64,000 nt of DNA from Octopus sinensis (Eukaryota). Positions 1-13,780 of the stretch are shown here, piece by piece. The first letter of the stretch is position 1; each line of letters begins with the position of its first letter. Under the pieces are notes generated by a model. That model was not told the origin of the DNA, did no database searches, and saw only the letters and a list, made by a program, of their open reading frames with translations. The position numbers and the translations under genes were made by a program. The DNA lies in NCBI RefSeq assembly GCF_006345805.1, contig NC_043005.1, positions 84,320,001-84,384,000 of the forward strand, written 5' to 3'.

Positions 1-549
1 TTCCTTTTTCTCCGTATCACATCCTATTTTAACATTTATATCTTCCCATCCTTAAGTACGTTTCCATTCAACCATGAACAGTGACACACACATGGCTTCT
101 TAAACTAATTTTTACTTTCCATTGGCTTCACCTCCATCCTTGTTTGCCATTCACTTCGTTCACCTCTACCCTTGTCTCTAACCATCTGCCATTCTCCTCT
201 CAAACTCTTGCCAGCTTACCCATCCACCATTCCCCGATCCTCTGGCTGTATTCTCTCTTGAAGCTCTGTTCTGTCTTGTGAGTGCTCTGACATCTCATCA
301 CCACCATCTTCATCATCTTCCCAGCTACTCTTATCCACTCTTTTCAAATGCAGGCTAACCATGTAACTCCCCTGCAGAAAGACATCTGTGCCTATATCTC
401 TGTCATACTTTAACCCCTTATCATCTGACCTCTCTGCAACACCCACGCTCAGCTGAGTGGGGCTTCCTTTTTGTGAGTTACTTAGTGACCTTACTAGTGC
501 TGGTGTCCCCCAACCCCAAGAGAAACAAAAGCACCCAATGCAATCTGTA

Positions 550-1516
550 CAGGGTTGCCAATTCTAAATTTAAAAATCATCTAATAGAAGAGGAAACTAC
601 CAGAAGAAAGGAAAAAAATCCCTTTTTTAGGTGTAAAAATCAAAAGATTTATATTAAAAAGTTTCAACTCAAAATAATATAAATGTAATTTTATTTTTAC
701 TCCATAATATTTTGGAAGATTTCGCAATTAATTCCTTAGCATGTAGAATCCATAATTTCACGTGATTGATAAGCATCCGTGGATCCAAGTTTCTTTAACA
801 ATTTACCTGGGAATTTAGAATCATAAAAATATTTACCAATTTGTTTCAATTCATATTTGATGCTCAAGATTTCTCTTAGAGTTTCTCTGCTTGGATGATT
901 ATCCTCATTTAATTTCCTTAAAATTCTTGTGGCTAAATACTCTCTCCACATCAACATTCGCATGTGATAAATTTGGAAGAGTTAAAGTTAACTTAAGACA
1001 AATGCTCAAATGGATTTCTCCCAGGTGAATGCCAATGCACTGTTAGTTTAATCCAGAAAGGAACTGTGTGACAAATCTGTCCATTGTGTATTTAAAAGAA
1101 AAAAAAAATTCTGTTGAAAATCAGTTTTTGTCAGAATCTCTGAATTTTTATTAAATTGCATTGCAAGGTCAATAATTCTAGGTTGTATTGATTTTAGGCA
1201 TTCTGTTACACTAAAATAACTCACTGATTGTAAAAGGTGAATATTCTCTGGAAGACACCGTTTAATTTGCTTCAAGACTTCCACAACAAATTGAATACAT
1301 CAGCTTTTTAACTCATTTTCTCCTTGGTCAATAAATTTAAATTCTGAGATTCCCTTCTCAAATCGATTACCTGGATATGGCTTTATATCTAAATAACCCT
1401 GCTCTGAATAATTTCCATTTAGCTGCTTTCCTGATTTTATAATTACTGAACTGAGCAAATCACAGAACTGCTGAAGGTCATTCAATAATTTAACGAGGTT
1501 TTGTAAATGGGATAGT
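550..1516 (-). mobile_element. Decayed hAT-superfamily transposase, C-terminal part, with candidate terminal inverted repeat
   Basis: Broken minus-strand frames read KLLNDLQQF..YLDIKPYPGNRFEK, then EVLKQIKRCLPENIHLLQSVSYFSV, then TLPNLSHANVDVERVFSH (hAT dimerisation-type SNAxxERxFS motif, about 932-985), then TLREILSIKYELKQIGK. CAGGGTTGCCA at 550-560 resembles a hAT end. A SINE truncates the element at about 1517. Confidence 0.8.
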
Positions 1517-1740
1517 GGGATATTCTTTTCTACTCTAGGCACAAGGCCCCGAAATTTTTGTGGAGGAGGCCAGTCGATTAGATCGACCCTAGTGCTCAAC
1601 TGGTACTTAATTTATCGACCCCTAAAGGATGAAAGGCAAAGTCGACCTCAAGGGAATTTGAACTCTGAACGTAAAGATAGATGAAATACTGCTAAGCATT
1701 TCACCCGGCGTGCTAACGATTCTGCCAGTTCACCACTTTA
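1517..1740 (-). mobile_element. tRNA-headed SINE, family A (core GCCTTTCATCCTTTNGGGGTCGATAAATTAAGTACCAG)
   Basis: Head (T)GGTGAACTGGCAGAATCGTTAGCACGCCGGG, B-box-like GAGTTCAAATT and the conserved core, which resembles Meta/MESC-type SINE cores (from memory). More than 20 copies occur in the window. Confidence 0.85.
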
Positions 1741-1784
1741 AGAGAAATGGTTGGATATTATCAAAACAATCAGTTTTTCTGCAA

Positions 1785-2232
1785 TAGGCACAAAGTCTTA
1801 AATTTTGGGGAAGGGAGTTAGCCAATTACATCAAGCCCAGTGCATAACTGGTAATTATTTTAATGACCCTGAGAGGTTGAAAAGCAAAGCTGGCCTCAAC
1901 AGAACTTATGCTTAGAACACAAAGATGGACGAAATGCTGCAAAGCATTTTACCCTGTCTGCTAACAATTCTGCAAGTACACTGCTGCCTTAACAACAACA
2001 ACAATGATAATGATAATTATTTCAAATTTTTGCTACAAGGGCAGCTTGTGGGAGGAGATTAAAGTCAATTACATCGAACCTAGTCTGTAACTGGTACTTA
2101 TTTAATCGACTCCCAAAAGGATGAAGGGCAAAGTCAACCTCAGTGGAATTTGAACTCAGAATGTAGTGATGGGTGAAATACCGTTAAGCATTTCACCCAG
2201 CGTGCTAATGATATTGCCAGCTCACTGCCTTA
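1785..2232 (-). mobile_element. Two further family A SINEs in head-to-tail tandem (about 1785-1990 and 2021-2232)
   Basis: Same head and core as 1517-1740, joined by an (AAC/AAT)n linker. Confidence 0.8.
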
Positions 2233-2280
2233 ATAATAATAATATTAATACTACTACTACTACTAATAATAATAATGATA

Positions 2281-2650
2281 ATAATAGGGTTATATTCAAT
2301 ACCAACAGATGACAACATTTCTCTAAAAGAAATGGAGAAACTTTCAAAATACAAAGACCTGGAAATAGAAGTAACTCGAATGTGGAATCTAAAAACAGAA
2401 ACAATTCCTATCATAGTGGTCGCATTAGGTATGATAAAAAAAATATTCAGACAACTAACGAAAACACCAGGACCTACAAGTGTATATAACATACAGAAAA
2501 TAGCACTACTAGGCACTGCACAAATCCTACGTAAAACACTTACAATACAGTAACCATCAGAGCATCACAACAAATCAAAGCACATACCCAAGGCTCTCAG
2601 AGCTGTGCTTGGTAGTGAAGTGAAAGCACCTGATAAAAATAAGTCTACTG
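2281..2650 (+). mobile_element. 3' end of an R4/Dong-like RLE non-LTR retrotransposon
   Basis: ORF 2275-2553 reads IPTDDNISLKEMEKLSKYKDLEIEVTRMWNLKTETIPIIVVALG..QKIALLGTAQILRKTL, a typical RLE C-terminus. A short 3' UTR follows, with (AAT)n on both sides. Confidence 0.85.
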
Positions 2651-2668
2651 AATAATAATAATAATAAT

Positions 2669-2882
2669 GGTTTCAAATATTGCCACAAGGTTAGCAATTT
2701 CCAGGGAGGGAATAAGTTGATTACATTGACCCCAGTGTTTCACTGGTGCTTAATTTATCAAATCCGAAAGGATGAAAGGCAAGGTCGACCTCGGTGGAAT
2801 TTGAACTCAGAACATAAAGACAGACAAAATACTGCTAAGCATTTAGACCAGGGTGCTAATGACTCTACCTGCTCACCACCTT
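2669..2882 (-). mobile_element. Family A SINE
   Basis: Core GACCTCGGTGGAATTTGAACTC, with an (AAT)n tail abutting the Dong-like fragment. Confidence 0.8.
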
Positions 2883-3138
2883 CAATAATAATAATGATGA
2901 TGATGATATGTAAAACATAATTATTATTTAAAGCTGATGGAACTTTTCAGGGCTAGTGCTTAGATTTGGTTTAGTGGTGTTAAATAGATGAAGGCCAAAC
3001 TTTGTCCCAAGAGGCTTAGAAAATCTTAAGAATTGTCCACGGAAGATCAGGTGCCAAGAGACACCTATCGGTAGAGTACAGGTGTTAGTTTTAAGAGAAA
3101 ACTTCATTGGTTAAAAGCAAAGAATTATATACTTAAGG

Positions 3139-3180
<42 letters not shown>

Positions 3181-4083
3181 CCTACCTACCTATCTATCTC
3201 TTCTATGCCTACTCTGGGGTTTTATCTTAATTTATGATGGCTCACTGGTGTTATAAAAACAAAGATAAGCAGTGAAAAAATAGGACAAAAAAATAGAAGG
3301 AAAAATTGGGAAAATAAAAATTGCACAAAAAAAAAAACGAAGGCTAAATAGCGAAAATATATGATGAAAATAATTTTAAAAAAGCAAGGATAAGTAGGAA
3401 AAAATAATATAAAGAAAAATAGTGAAAAAATAAAAGAGCAAGGGTAAATAAAAAGAAAATTACAAATAAAATAGTAAATAAATTAAAATAAAACATGGTA
3501 AACAGTAATAAAAAAGAGGAAAATATATGAAGAATAGTAAAAAAAAACAACTAGTAGAAAAAAAGAAAAAAGAAAAAAATGAGAAACCAGTAAAAAAAAT
3601 ATATATAAAAATGAAATGAAAAGATAAAAAAAATTTGCTTGAAAATAGTATATTTTGTAAGTAGACGTAATCCCTGAGGGAAGTTAGAATTTCAGATGAT
3701 TTCTCCAGAGGTGACCAAAGAGAAAATGAAAAGCTTATTTCAGAATTGAGCTCAATAGAATGATGGAATAATAGAATAACTGTCATGACAGAATATTTTC
3801 ATACAGACATCAAACTAGCAAAAGGGTCATAACATACACACACACGTGTGTGTGTGTTTGTGTATGTATGTGTGTATATATATATATGTTGTGTGTGTGT
3901 GTGTGTTAATTGTATAAGTGTGTTTATGTGTGCTGAAATGTATTTGTATGTGTGTGTGTATTTGTAGATATGTGCATGTGTGTGTATGTGTGTGTGTTTA
4001 TATTTTACTTACATATGGTTATCTACACATATAGGTTTCATTGCATCATGGTGAGCTTGTGTGTGTGTGTGTGTATATATGTA

Positions 4084-4114
<31 letters not shown>

Positions 4115-4821
4115 ATATATATATAATATATATATATATTATATATATATATATACATCTATGTGTGTGTGTATATATATATATATGTATGTATATATAT
4201 ATACATATGTGTGTGTGTGTGTGTATACATAGGTGTGTGTGTATATATAGATATATATGTGTGTGCATGTATACATATGTGTGTGTATATATATATATAT
4301 ATACATCTACATGTGTGTGTATATATATATGTGTGTGTATGTGTATAGCATTTATTTATCTACCTTCATTCATATCTGTCTATCTCTCTGTCCCTCAGTG
4401 TCTTTTTGTACCAGCCTATCTACCTATTTTACTACACATCTATCTGTCTACCTATCCATCTGTCATATATAGACATATGTATGTATGTATGTATGTATGT
4501 ACGTACGTACGTACGTATGGTTAGAAAGATAGATGTAGGAAAAGAGAGAGATAAGAAGATAAAGACAAATTTGACATATATAGATGTGTATATATAAATA
4601 TACAAACCCACATACATACATTCATACACGCACACACACATATATGCACAAACACAAATATACAGTGTAAAATTATGCAGATCCTTGCATGCACAGGTTG
4701 ACATGCGCATATTATATACTAGTATGTACATGTGTTCAATAAACTTAATACATGTGTGTACAGGTGTGCATTCATTCATAGGTATACATTTATCTGTCTT
4801 TCTGTATATATATATATATAT

Positions 4822-5207
4822 ATAAGAAATATTGAATTTCTAAATCTCTCATAGAGACATGTACGGTGGTGGGGCGATAGAATGGTTGTATACTGTCAAT
4901 CTAACAAGAACGTGACAGTAGGGGGTACACCACTGCTGTATAGCCCTAGGAAGCATCGAACGCCTCCTGATGGCTTTGACACATTTTTCCCTGTGTCCTT
5001 ATATACATATACGAAGGGGAGACAAACACCTCCGGCTGCCGAAACTGCATCTAGGGACACGTGTTTCAGGATCGTTGTCCTTCATCGGCCTAGAGTAGCA
5101 GACACCGGTCAACCGGTGATATTTGTCTCGACTTCGTAATTGTATATATCTATACTCAGTGAAGTCTATTCACTGATTATCAAAATAAGAAATATTGAAT
5201 TTCTAAA
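4822..5207. mobile_element. 363-bp-period unit with a 23-bp terminal direct repeat, carrying a hammerhead (Penelope pLTR or retrozyme-like)
   Basis: ATAAGAAATATTGAATTTCTAAA occurs at 4822-4844 and 5185-5207; hammerhead at 5045-5101. Confidence 0.65.
5045..5101 (-). ncRNA. Minimal type I hammerhead ribozyme motif (U4-to-C variant)
   Basis: Minus strand: ctgc-tac-TCTAGG CCGATGA AGGA-caacga-TCCT GAA AC-acgt-GT C CCTAGA-t-gcag. Stems I, II and III all pair, stem III has a palindromic loop, the site is GUC, and there is one core deviation. Confidence 0.75.
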
Positions 5208-6149
5208 GAATCCAAGGAAAAACAACAATGCAAGGACGAGGTACATGCAAAGTATTAGCAGATGTTCAAGGAAGGAAGGAAAGGTAGTTTTATGTTTCGA
5301 GCAAAGCTCTTTGTCAGAAACAGGAGACGGAGGAAAATCCATGAGAAAAGAAAGACAGAGGAAAAGATATCGCTAACGATCCACATGTGGTTACATTTTG
5401 AAATACATATATATATATATCATCATCATCATCATTATTTAATGTCCAGCATCCAGTTTGAGAGGAGCTGGTAAGCTTGAGGACTGTTCTGAGCTCCATT
5501 GTCTGTTTCCACATGATTTCTCTATGGCTGGATGCTCTTCCTGACACCAACCACTTTATAGAGTGTAATGGGTGCTTTTTGCATAGCACCAACACCAGTA
5601 TTTTTTCTTACTTAATCTTACAGGTGTGTCACTAACAAATGCTGATGTGCTATGTGATGATGATTATGTCAGTGATTCTATAATAGTGTTGAATCATCAA
5701 ATCTTCAGAGAATATTGTAAATGAATTCAGTACCACATTCAAAATAAGGTTGGTTAATTGTTGGGTAGACATAGCGGTGGCCATGTGGTTAAGAAGTTTG
5801 CTTCCCAAGGATGTGGGTTTGTGTTCAATCCTACCAGTTTGTGTGACAGCCTGGGAAAATGTCTTCTATAGCTCTGAACTGGCCAAAGTCATGCAGGCAG
5901 ATCTGGTTGGCAGAACCTGAGGAAAGGTGTCCAACTGCAGCATTTATGGACAAACAGACATTAGAGCTTGATGCAGTCCTCTGGCTCGTCTGTGTGTGTT
6001 GATCCGTCCACTTGGTGTTAGCATGGAAAACAGATGTTTAATGTTGATGATTATGGTGATGATGGTGATGGTGATGATGATGATTATGCATATTAATATC
6101 TCTTTGTTTTGACATCATACACTGTTGTTTGCTTCAAATATTCTTTCAT

Positions 6150-6635
6150 GAGTCCACAACTGTAAGCTACACCAGTGTTGCATAACCAGCCCACTCAAAA
6201 GTACCTTGGATCGTAGGGTGACATGCTGAGCTTGAGGAGACCTATTGAGTCAAGTACATCAACATCAACAGCAATATCAAAATCAAGTCAAATAGAAATT
6301 GTAGTTCTGACCCCCGTGCCGGTAGCATGTAAAAAGCACCATCTGATCGTGGTCGATGCTAGCACCTCTGGCCCCTGTGCTGGTGGCATGTAAAAAGCAC
6401 CATCTGATCGTGGTCGATGCTAGCACCTCTGGCCCCTGTGCTGGTGGCATGTAAAAAGCACCCACTACACTCTGAGAGTGGTTGGCGTTAGGAAGGGCAT
6501 CCGACTGTAGAAACACTGCCAGATAAGACTGGAACCTGGTGCAGCCTCCTGGCTTCCCAGACCCTAGTCGGACCATCCAACCCATGCCAGCATGGAAAAC
6601 GGACGTTTAATGATGATGATGATGATGATGATATT
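6150..6635 (+). mobile_element. RTE-type LINE 3' UTR with 61-bp internal tandem repeat and (GAT)n tail
   Basis: Same 3' UTR as 63457-64000. TGTAAAAAGCAC recurs at 6328, 6389 and 6450. It ends GCATGGAAAACGGACGTTTAATGATGATG. Confidence 0.8.
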
Positions 6636-7015
6636 CTCTGAAAACATGCCCAGTCATGAAGAAATATTACTTTGCTTAGAAACTGAGAAGATTTGTCAAC
6701 AGGAAGAGCATCCAGCTGTAGAAAATCTTCCTCAGTAGTTTCCATCTGACCCATGCAAGTGTAAAAAGTGGACATAAAACAATGATGATGATCATCAGTT
6801 CATATACCATTCTATAAGCCTATATATATATGTATATATGTGTATATGTGTATAGATGCCTATATATTGACATGCATGTGCTTCTATGGGTGTGTCATAA
6901 TCCATGCATTTCTGTATTTGCATATACATTTCTGTATATAGGTGTGTTTATATATGTAAATTAGTTATATATGCCAATGTTTATGTTCGGGTTGTGCATG
7001 TAAAATATGCATATA

Positions 7016-7412
7016 GGCACAGGAGTGGCTGTGTGGTAAGTAGCTTGCTTACCAACCACATGGTTCCGGGTTCAGTCCCACTGTGTGGCATCTTCGGTAA
7101 GTGTTTTCTACTATAGCCTTGGGTCGACTAAAGTCTTGTGTGTGGATTTGGTAGGCAGAAACTGAAAGAAGCCCATTGTATATATGTATATATTTGTGTG
7201 TGTGTGTGTGTATGTGTGTGTTTGCTTGTCTGTATTTGACAACCGATACTGGGGTGTTTACATCCCCATAACTTAGTGGTTTGGCAAAAGAGACTGATAG
7301 CATAAGTAGTGGGCTTACAAAGAATAAGTCCTGGGGTCAATTTGCTCAACTAAAAGGTGGTGCCCCAGCATGGCTGCAGTCAAATGACTGAAACAAGTAA
7401 AAGAATAAAAGA
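7016..7412 (+). mobile_element. tRNA-headed CORE-type SINE, family B
   Basis: Head GGCACAGGAGTGGCTGTGTGGTAAG, B box GGTTCAGTCCC, CORE-like GGCATCTTCGGTAAGTG, internal (TA/TG)n and tail GACTGAAACAAGTAAAAG. Confidence 0.85.
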
Positions 7413-7462
7413 ATATGTACTCATTTTTGTATCTTGCTATCTTTATATACATACATCCATAC

Positions 7463-7514
<52 letters not shown>

Positions 7515-8072
7515 ATATGTGTGTGTGTGTGTGTGTATATATATAGTGAGAGGGAGGAAGTGATAGATAAATGCACTTATAGTACACATTGTTTTCAGAA
7601 AAAAAGTATACAAATAAGAACACAACTATAATTCAATCAGAAGTAAAGTCTAGTGGAGGTAATGTTTCATGGGGAAAAGTGTTTCTGCTGACAATCTACT
7701 TAACTTCCAGGTCACCATTAACATCATCATCTTCCTAGCCATCATCACTATAAACACCTCCATCAACATCCCCACATGTCTATAACATCAATACCTGCCA
7801 CCCTCCAACCATCAGCAACAATAACGTTACCGCTAACACCATTATCATCACCATCATCATCATAGTTATATATTTCATGAGCTCCTTCGGCTGGAAAACT
7901 GTGCCATCTTTTCAGTGTTCACTTATTTGACCTATATATGTATATACACACACATACATAAGCACATACAGATACACTCAAAGGTATACATACATTAAAA
8001 TATAAAAGCATGCTTATATGTACACACACTTATATACATATGTCTCCTTACATCCACACAGTGATATTTATG

Positions 8073-8111
<39 letters not shown>

Positions 8112-8177
8112 ATATACAGGTACATGCATTGTCTCATATATATATGTATATATATACACACATACAGGCATTGTCTC

Positions 8178-8210
<33 letters not shown>

Positions 8211-8676
8211 TACAAACACACACTCACATGAACTTATGAACACACGTCAGTCTAGCTATATCTATCTATATATGTATATCAAAATACATATGTATACACA
8301 CATACACATGTGCAGTTCACATATGTAATATTTATGCAAAGACCTGAAATATATCAATTCACCATGAAATGGTTTTAGCTTATACAGAGATTTCTCTCCA
8401 TCTTTACACCCCACCCCACACACCTCTAACAACAACCACCAGTTAAGTTAATTTTCCACTGCAGCAGCAGCAGATATCTCTTAAAACATTACAACTAGAG
8501 AACTAAATCCTGTTTCTGCTGAATGGGAAGATCAACCCCACATTTGAGATTAAATATGCATTAAATCATATATATATCTGCATATATATACACGTACAAA
8601 TACAGATATATGCATACATTCACACACATATACACACACTACTTAACTGTATGTTTATATGTATATATATATGTAC

Positions 8677-8817
<141 letters not shown>

Positions 8818-9041
8818 TATATATATATATATATATGTATAAAAATATATATGTATATATATATATGTTGTACCTTGGACAGACTATAGTTAAGCTCCAG
8901 GTTTGGTGATTATATGCACACACATACACATAAGTATATATATACATATATATATATATGCATGTATACATATATATATATACACATATTTATACTCATA
9001 TTCATATATATATACATTTTTACACTCACAGCCCCTATCTC

Positions 9042-9089
<48 letters not shown>

Positions 9090-9260
9090 TAAATACATAT
9101 ATACATAGACATCCATACACACATGCATATATATACATATACATAAACACACACATGTATATACAGACACACACAAAGAGTCACATAAATGCTGATTGTC
9201 CCATCTTGTCTGATGATAGCCATCATCAGAGACAAATGGAGAAAATGAGAAGAATATGAT

Positions 9261-9316
9261 GTCTCTGATGACGGAATATCCCTTACTCTGGGATATCCCA
9301 GAAACAGCTGTAAGAC
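9261..9316 (+). ncRNA. Minimal type I hammerhead ribozyme motif, intact catalytic core
   Basis: GTCT CTGATGA c-gg-a-ATATCCC-ttactct-GGGATAT-c-cc-a GAA A-cagctg-T A AGAC. Stem III is the palindrome ACAGCTGT and the site is GUA; the base of stem II has two mismatches. Confidence 0.8.
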
Positions 9317-9594
9317 TTTGGATTTTTTTCCAATAACAATAATATATACAACTTGAGATGTTTGCTTTGCCTTAATGTTTGTTGTCCTCTTTAATAATTA
9401 TATATCAGAAATCTGCAATGGTTCCATAACTACCATCTTGGTTATAACCTTGGGGCCCTAGTAATCCGTTACAGCACTTACCTAGCGTACTTAATCGTTT
9501 AGATCACCTGTGAACTAAACCCCCATATATTTTGTATACATATATTCACATACATATAGACAAACGTGTGTGTATATGTATACATTCATAAACC

Positions 9595-9649
<55 letters not shown>

Positions 9650-10325
9650 AAGATGAAAGGATGCTTGTGCTATTCAGAATTTTGCTTCGTAACATCAAGG
9701 TTTGTGGTTCAGTCCCATCTTGGGTAATTATCTTCTACCAGAACTGTGGACCAAACAATCCTTTTGAATGGATTTGTTTGATGGAAAATGAAAGAAACTT
9801 TATGTACGTACACCCACCCATACACATTTGTATGTGTGGGTGGCTGCATTGCTCTGCATTTCTAAAGACCTATGGAATAGAGAAATCCTTTGAAAATGGT
9901 TAAGATTTGGTAAGAAGAGTATCTGACCATAAAACCTTTCTGTCCAAAGACTTGCTAACAGAGGGAAAATGGACTTTAAGACAAAGGAATGTAGGATATC
10001 TATATCTATATGCATATCTACTTTTATCTATCTCTATATATATACATATCTGTCAACCTCTCTATATACATATTTATTTTTATATATACAAATCTATCTA
10101 TCTATCTACATATATATACATATACACATGCATATCTCTATCAATTTCTTCTGCGTTCTCTATCTCTACACACACATATATTTACATACTAACATATCTC
10201 TGTGAGTATATATACGCATGTCATGTATATGTATGCCTGAGAGAATATATGCACATATGTGTTGTGTATACACACATCTCTCCCTCGACTCACTATCTGT
10301 CTATCTCCCCGCATTATGTATATAA

Positions 10326-10388
<63 letters not shown>

Positions 10389-11063
10389 TGCTATCACACA
10401 CACACGCGCTATCACCTCTATCATCATTAAATTTTATATCTGCTTTTCTCCGCATCTTTATGTATGGTAAGTATGGCAGGCATAGTGCAACATATCACTT
10501 AACAACATCTCATGGAACAGGCTTAAAAACCTCACAATATCATCAATAACTGCTTCATTCATGACCTCCAGTAATCAAACCACTTTATTTTATATACACT
10601 CACTCTCACCATTCACTGTCAAACATCACTATCCATAACACTTCACTAAATTGCCTCAACACTTTCATATCGCCTCAATCTCTGCATTTGACACATATCT
10701 GTCTGCCATTTTCTATCATGGTACAATGAAGATTTGTTCTCAGTCAATCATTAATTCCACACTTCATGGTTAATATATGATATGCAAGGCAATTCATTTC
10801 TCTGTCATTGTTGGAAACCCTTGGAGTTTATTGCCAACTTCTCATTCTCATACATATAATATACAAGCTGTGTCTTCCATGGCTGAGGGAAAACTAACTT
10901 AACTTCCCCCTGTTTTGTGAGTTGTGGATTTGATAGAGGAAAAGAGGATGGATCTGAAAATTTTAATAACTTCTTTGAAATTATTTATCAATACTGTTTT
11001 TTTCTTTCTTTTTTTTTAGTGTGTATCTTGATAGTATACCAAAATATGTCTAAGTTTATGTGC

Positions 11064-11099
<36 letters not shown>

Positions 11100-11440
11100 T
11101 CACACACATGCACATACATGCTCTCTTATACACATGCATGTACTCTTTTGTTTTGGGATCACCACTACTTTATTATCCCCCTTTCTTCCTAGCTCTCCTG
11201 TGTGGCCCCTCTGTCTGGCATTTGCCATGACAGATCGCTAGCAACTACACATTCTTTATTTTTCCTCCTTGTTTCTTTCTGTGTTTCTTTCTCTGGAAGA
11301 GCATAGGCTCGAAACATTAAAAACTTTTTCACTTCCCAAGCGTTATATTAATACATCTATTTGTTGTCTACACCACCTGTCTTTGTCTTTTGCTTTTTGT
11401 GAATTCTCCCTCTGTATATGTGTGTGTGTGTGTATACATA

Positions 11441-11483
<43 letters not shown>

Positions 11484-11527
11484 GTGTGTGTATATATATG
11501 TGTGTACACACATGCACTCACGCATAT

Positions 11528-11944
11528 AGCTGTGTGTGGCTGTGTGGCAAGAAGTTTGCTTCCTAACCATATGGCTCTGGGTTCAGCTCCACTGTGGCAC
11601 CTTGGGTAAATGCTTTCTCCTATAGCTCCCACCTGACCAAAGACTTGTGAGTGGATTTGATAAAAGGAAACTGAAAGAAGACCTGTGTGTGTGTGTATTA
11701 AATATATATGTATGTATGTATATTTTCTGTGTGTTTGAGTTTGTGTTTGCCTGCCCCCAAACACTGCTTGACAATAGATGGTTTGTTTATGTCCCCAGAA
11801 CTTAGAGGTTCATCAAGAAGAGACTGCTAGTATAAGTGCCAGGTTTAGGAGAAGAATAAGTTCTGCGGTTGATTTGTTCAACTAAAATTCTTCAAGGCGG
11901 TACTCCAGCATGGCCATAGTCTAATGACTGAAAAAAGTAAAAGA
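11528..11944 (+). mobile_element. Family B SINE (diverged)
   Basis: Same architecture as 7016-7412. Confidence 0.8.
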
Positions 11945-12462
11945 TGACACAGACATATATTTTCCCCGTATATACTTATTTATGTATACATCCATATTAT
12001 AAACATATACACACATATCACTCTCATCATCCTTGTTATCCTCATCACTAACATCATCGTCATCATCATCATCATCATTATTGTCATCATTGTCATCATC
12101 ATCATCATCCTCATAAATAGAATTTCAACGTAGAACATGAATTGGCAAAAATATTGCCAAGCAATATTTTCTGACACTCCTAAAGATTCTGCGGAACCCA
12201 GAAGGTCATCAAGTACGTGGGGATAGGGGTTAGTCAATTATATTGACCCAAGTACTGTGACTGGTACATTATTTCACTGAATGGGGATAGATTCAAGAGC
12301 AAAGTAGACCTTGGCATTACTTTTACTCAGAATGTACAGAGCCAGGAGGAATACCACAAAGTATTTTGTCCAATGTTCCAATAGTTCTACCAGTTCACCA
12401 ACCTTCATAATAATAATAATAATAGTAATAACAATAACAACAACAACAATAATAATAATAAT

Positions 12463-12894
12463 GTAAAGATCTGTGGTATTTTATAATTCAGTGTGACCAT
12501 GAGATAAAGAATAGGAAGCCAGACATAGTCTAAGTTGAGAAAGAAAGCAAACTATGCTGGATCATAGATATAGCATGCTCAGCTGACAAGGTATGCAATA
12601 AGGAAGAAAGAAAAGTCAAGAGATATGACAGGTTAGCTTGGGAGGTTCAGCAGTTGTGGTCGATGAAAAAGGTGGCAGTAATACCAATAACTGTCGGAGC
12701 TCTGGGAACAGTGAGATGTACGTGGAACAAATAGGGGCTGCAATAAGGGTGGAGCACTTGTAGAAAACAGCACTGCTTGGAGTCGCTCGAATACTATGGA
12801 AGGTGCTCGAAAAATAAGAGGTGTTACCTTAGTTCACTGGTAGTGAACAGCTGACACTGTAGTACATCTCCAGCATTAGAAGCTGTGCAAAGGC
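12463..12894 (+). mobile_element. 3' end of a second R4/Dong-like RLE element, not in the ORF track
   Basis: The frame reads LWYFIIQCDHEIKNRKPDIV*VEKESKLCWIIDIACSADKVCNKEERKVKRYDRLAWEVQQLWSMKKVAVIPITVGALGTV, then after a shift KTALLGVARILWKVLEK*. It contains the RLE R-K-P-D..D..K motif and is flanked by (AAT/AAC)n on both sides. Confidence 0.85.
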
Positions 12895-12912
12895 AATAAT
12901 AATAATAACAAC

Positions 12913-13101
12913 AATCCTTTTTACTAAAGGTACATGGCCTGAAATTTGTGGGAGGGTGGGGGATAAGTCAATTATATTGACCCCAGTGCATAAATGACAA
13001 AGTTGACCTTGGTGAGATTTGAACTCAGGACCTAAAGACGGACGAAATTCCACTAAGTATTTTGCCCAGTGTGCTAACGATTCTGCCAACTCACCACCTT
13101 A
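12913..13101 (-). mobile_element. Family A SINE
   Basis: Head and core present; (AAT)n on both sides. Confidence 0.8.
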
Positions 13102-13103
13102 TA

Positions 13104-13104
<1 letters not shown>

Positions 13105-13143
<39 letters not shown>

Positions 13144-13780
13144 GTAATAATAATAATAATAATGAAGATGATGTTGATGATGATGATGATGATCATGATG
13201 TCAATGACGAGGACTAGGATGATGATGATGAGGTGACAGAAAGTTGTGATGGTTATAGTAGTGTGACAATGATGATAATGATGTCAATGACAAAAATTAT
13301 GATGTTGAAGATGGTGGTGATGATGAAGATGGTGGTGATGATGAAGATAGTGGTGATGATTGTGATCACCATGAAAACAATGATGTTGATGACGGTGGCA
13401 TCAATGATGACAATGATGGTTATGACAGCAATAATGGTGATTGGTGGCAATGACAACAATAGCGATGACAATGGTGATGATAACGATGATGATGATCATG
13501 ACGATGTTGGCAATGATGATCATTGTGGTATGCAGAGATGCTACTACAACCTACTACTACTACTATGATGATGATGTAATGATGAAGATGACAATTCTGA
13601 TGATGATCATGATGATGATGGCAATGACGATCATTTTGGTATGCAGAGATGCTACTACTACTACCTACTACTACTACTACTACTACTACGACGACGACGA
13701 CGACGACTACTACGACTACTACTACTACTACTACGACGACGCCTACTACTTCAGCTACGATGATGATGATGATATTTATT
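13105..13780. repeat. Compound trinucleotide array (AAT, GAT, CTA, CGA)
   Basis: Directly visible; it accounts for the Met/Ile/Tyr/Asp-rich ORFs here. Confidence 0.95.

Noticed and set aside
6328-6460. Regularly spaced direct repeats suggestive of a CRISPR array
   Set aside because: The units are contiguous tandem copies without unique spacers, inside a eukaryotic LINE UTR.
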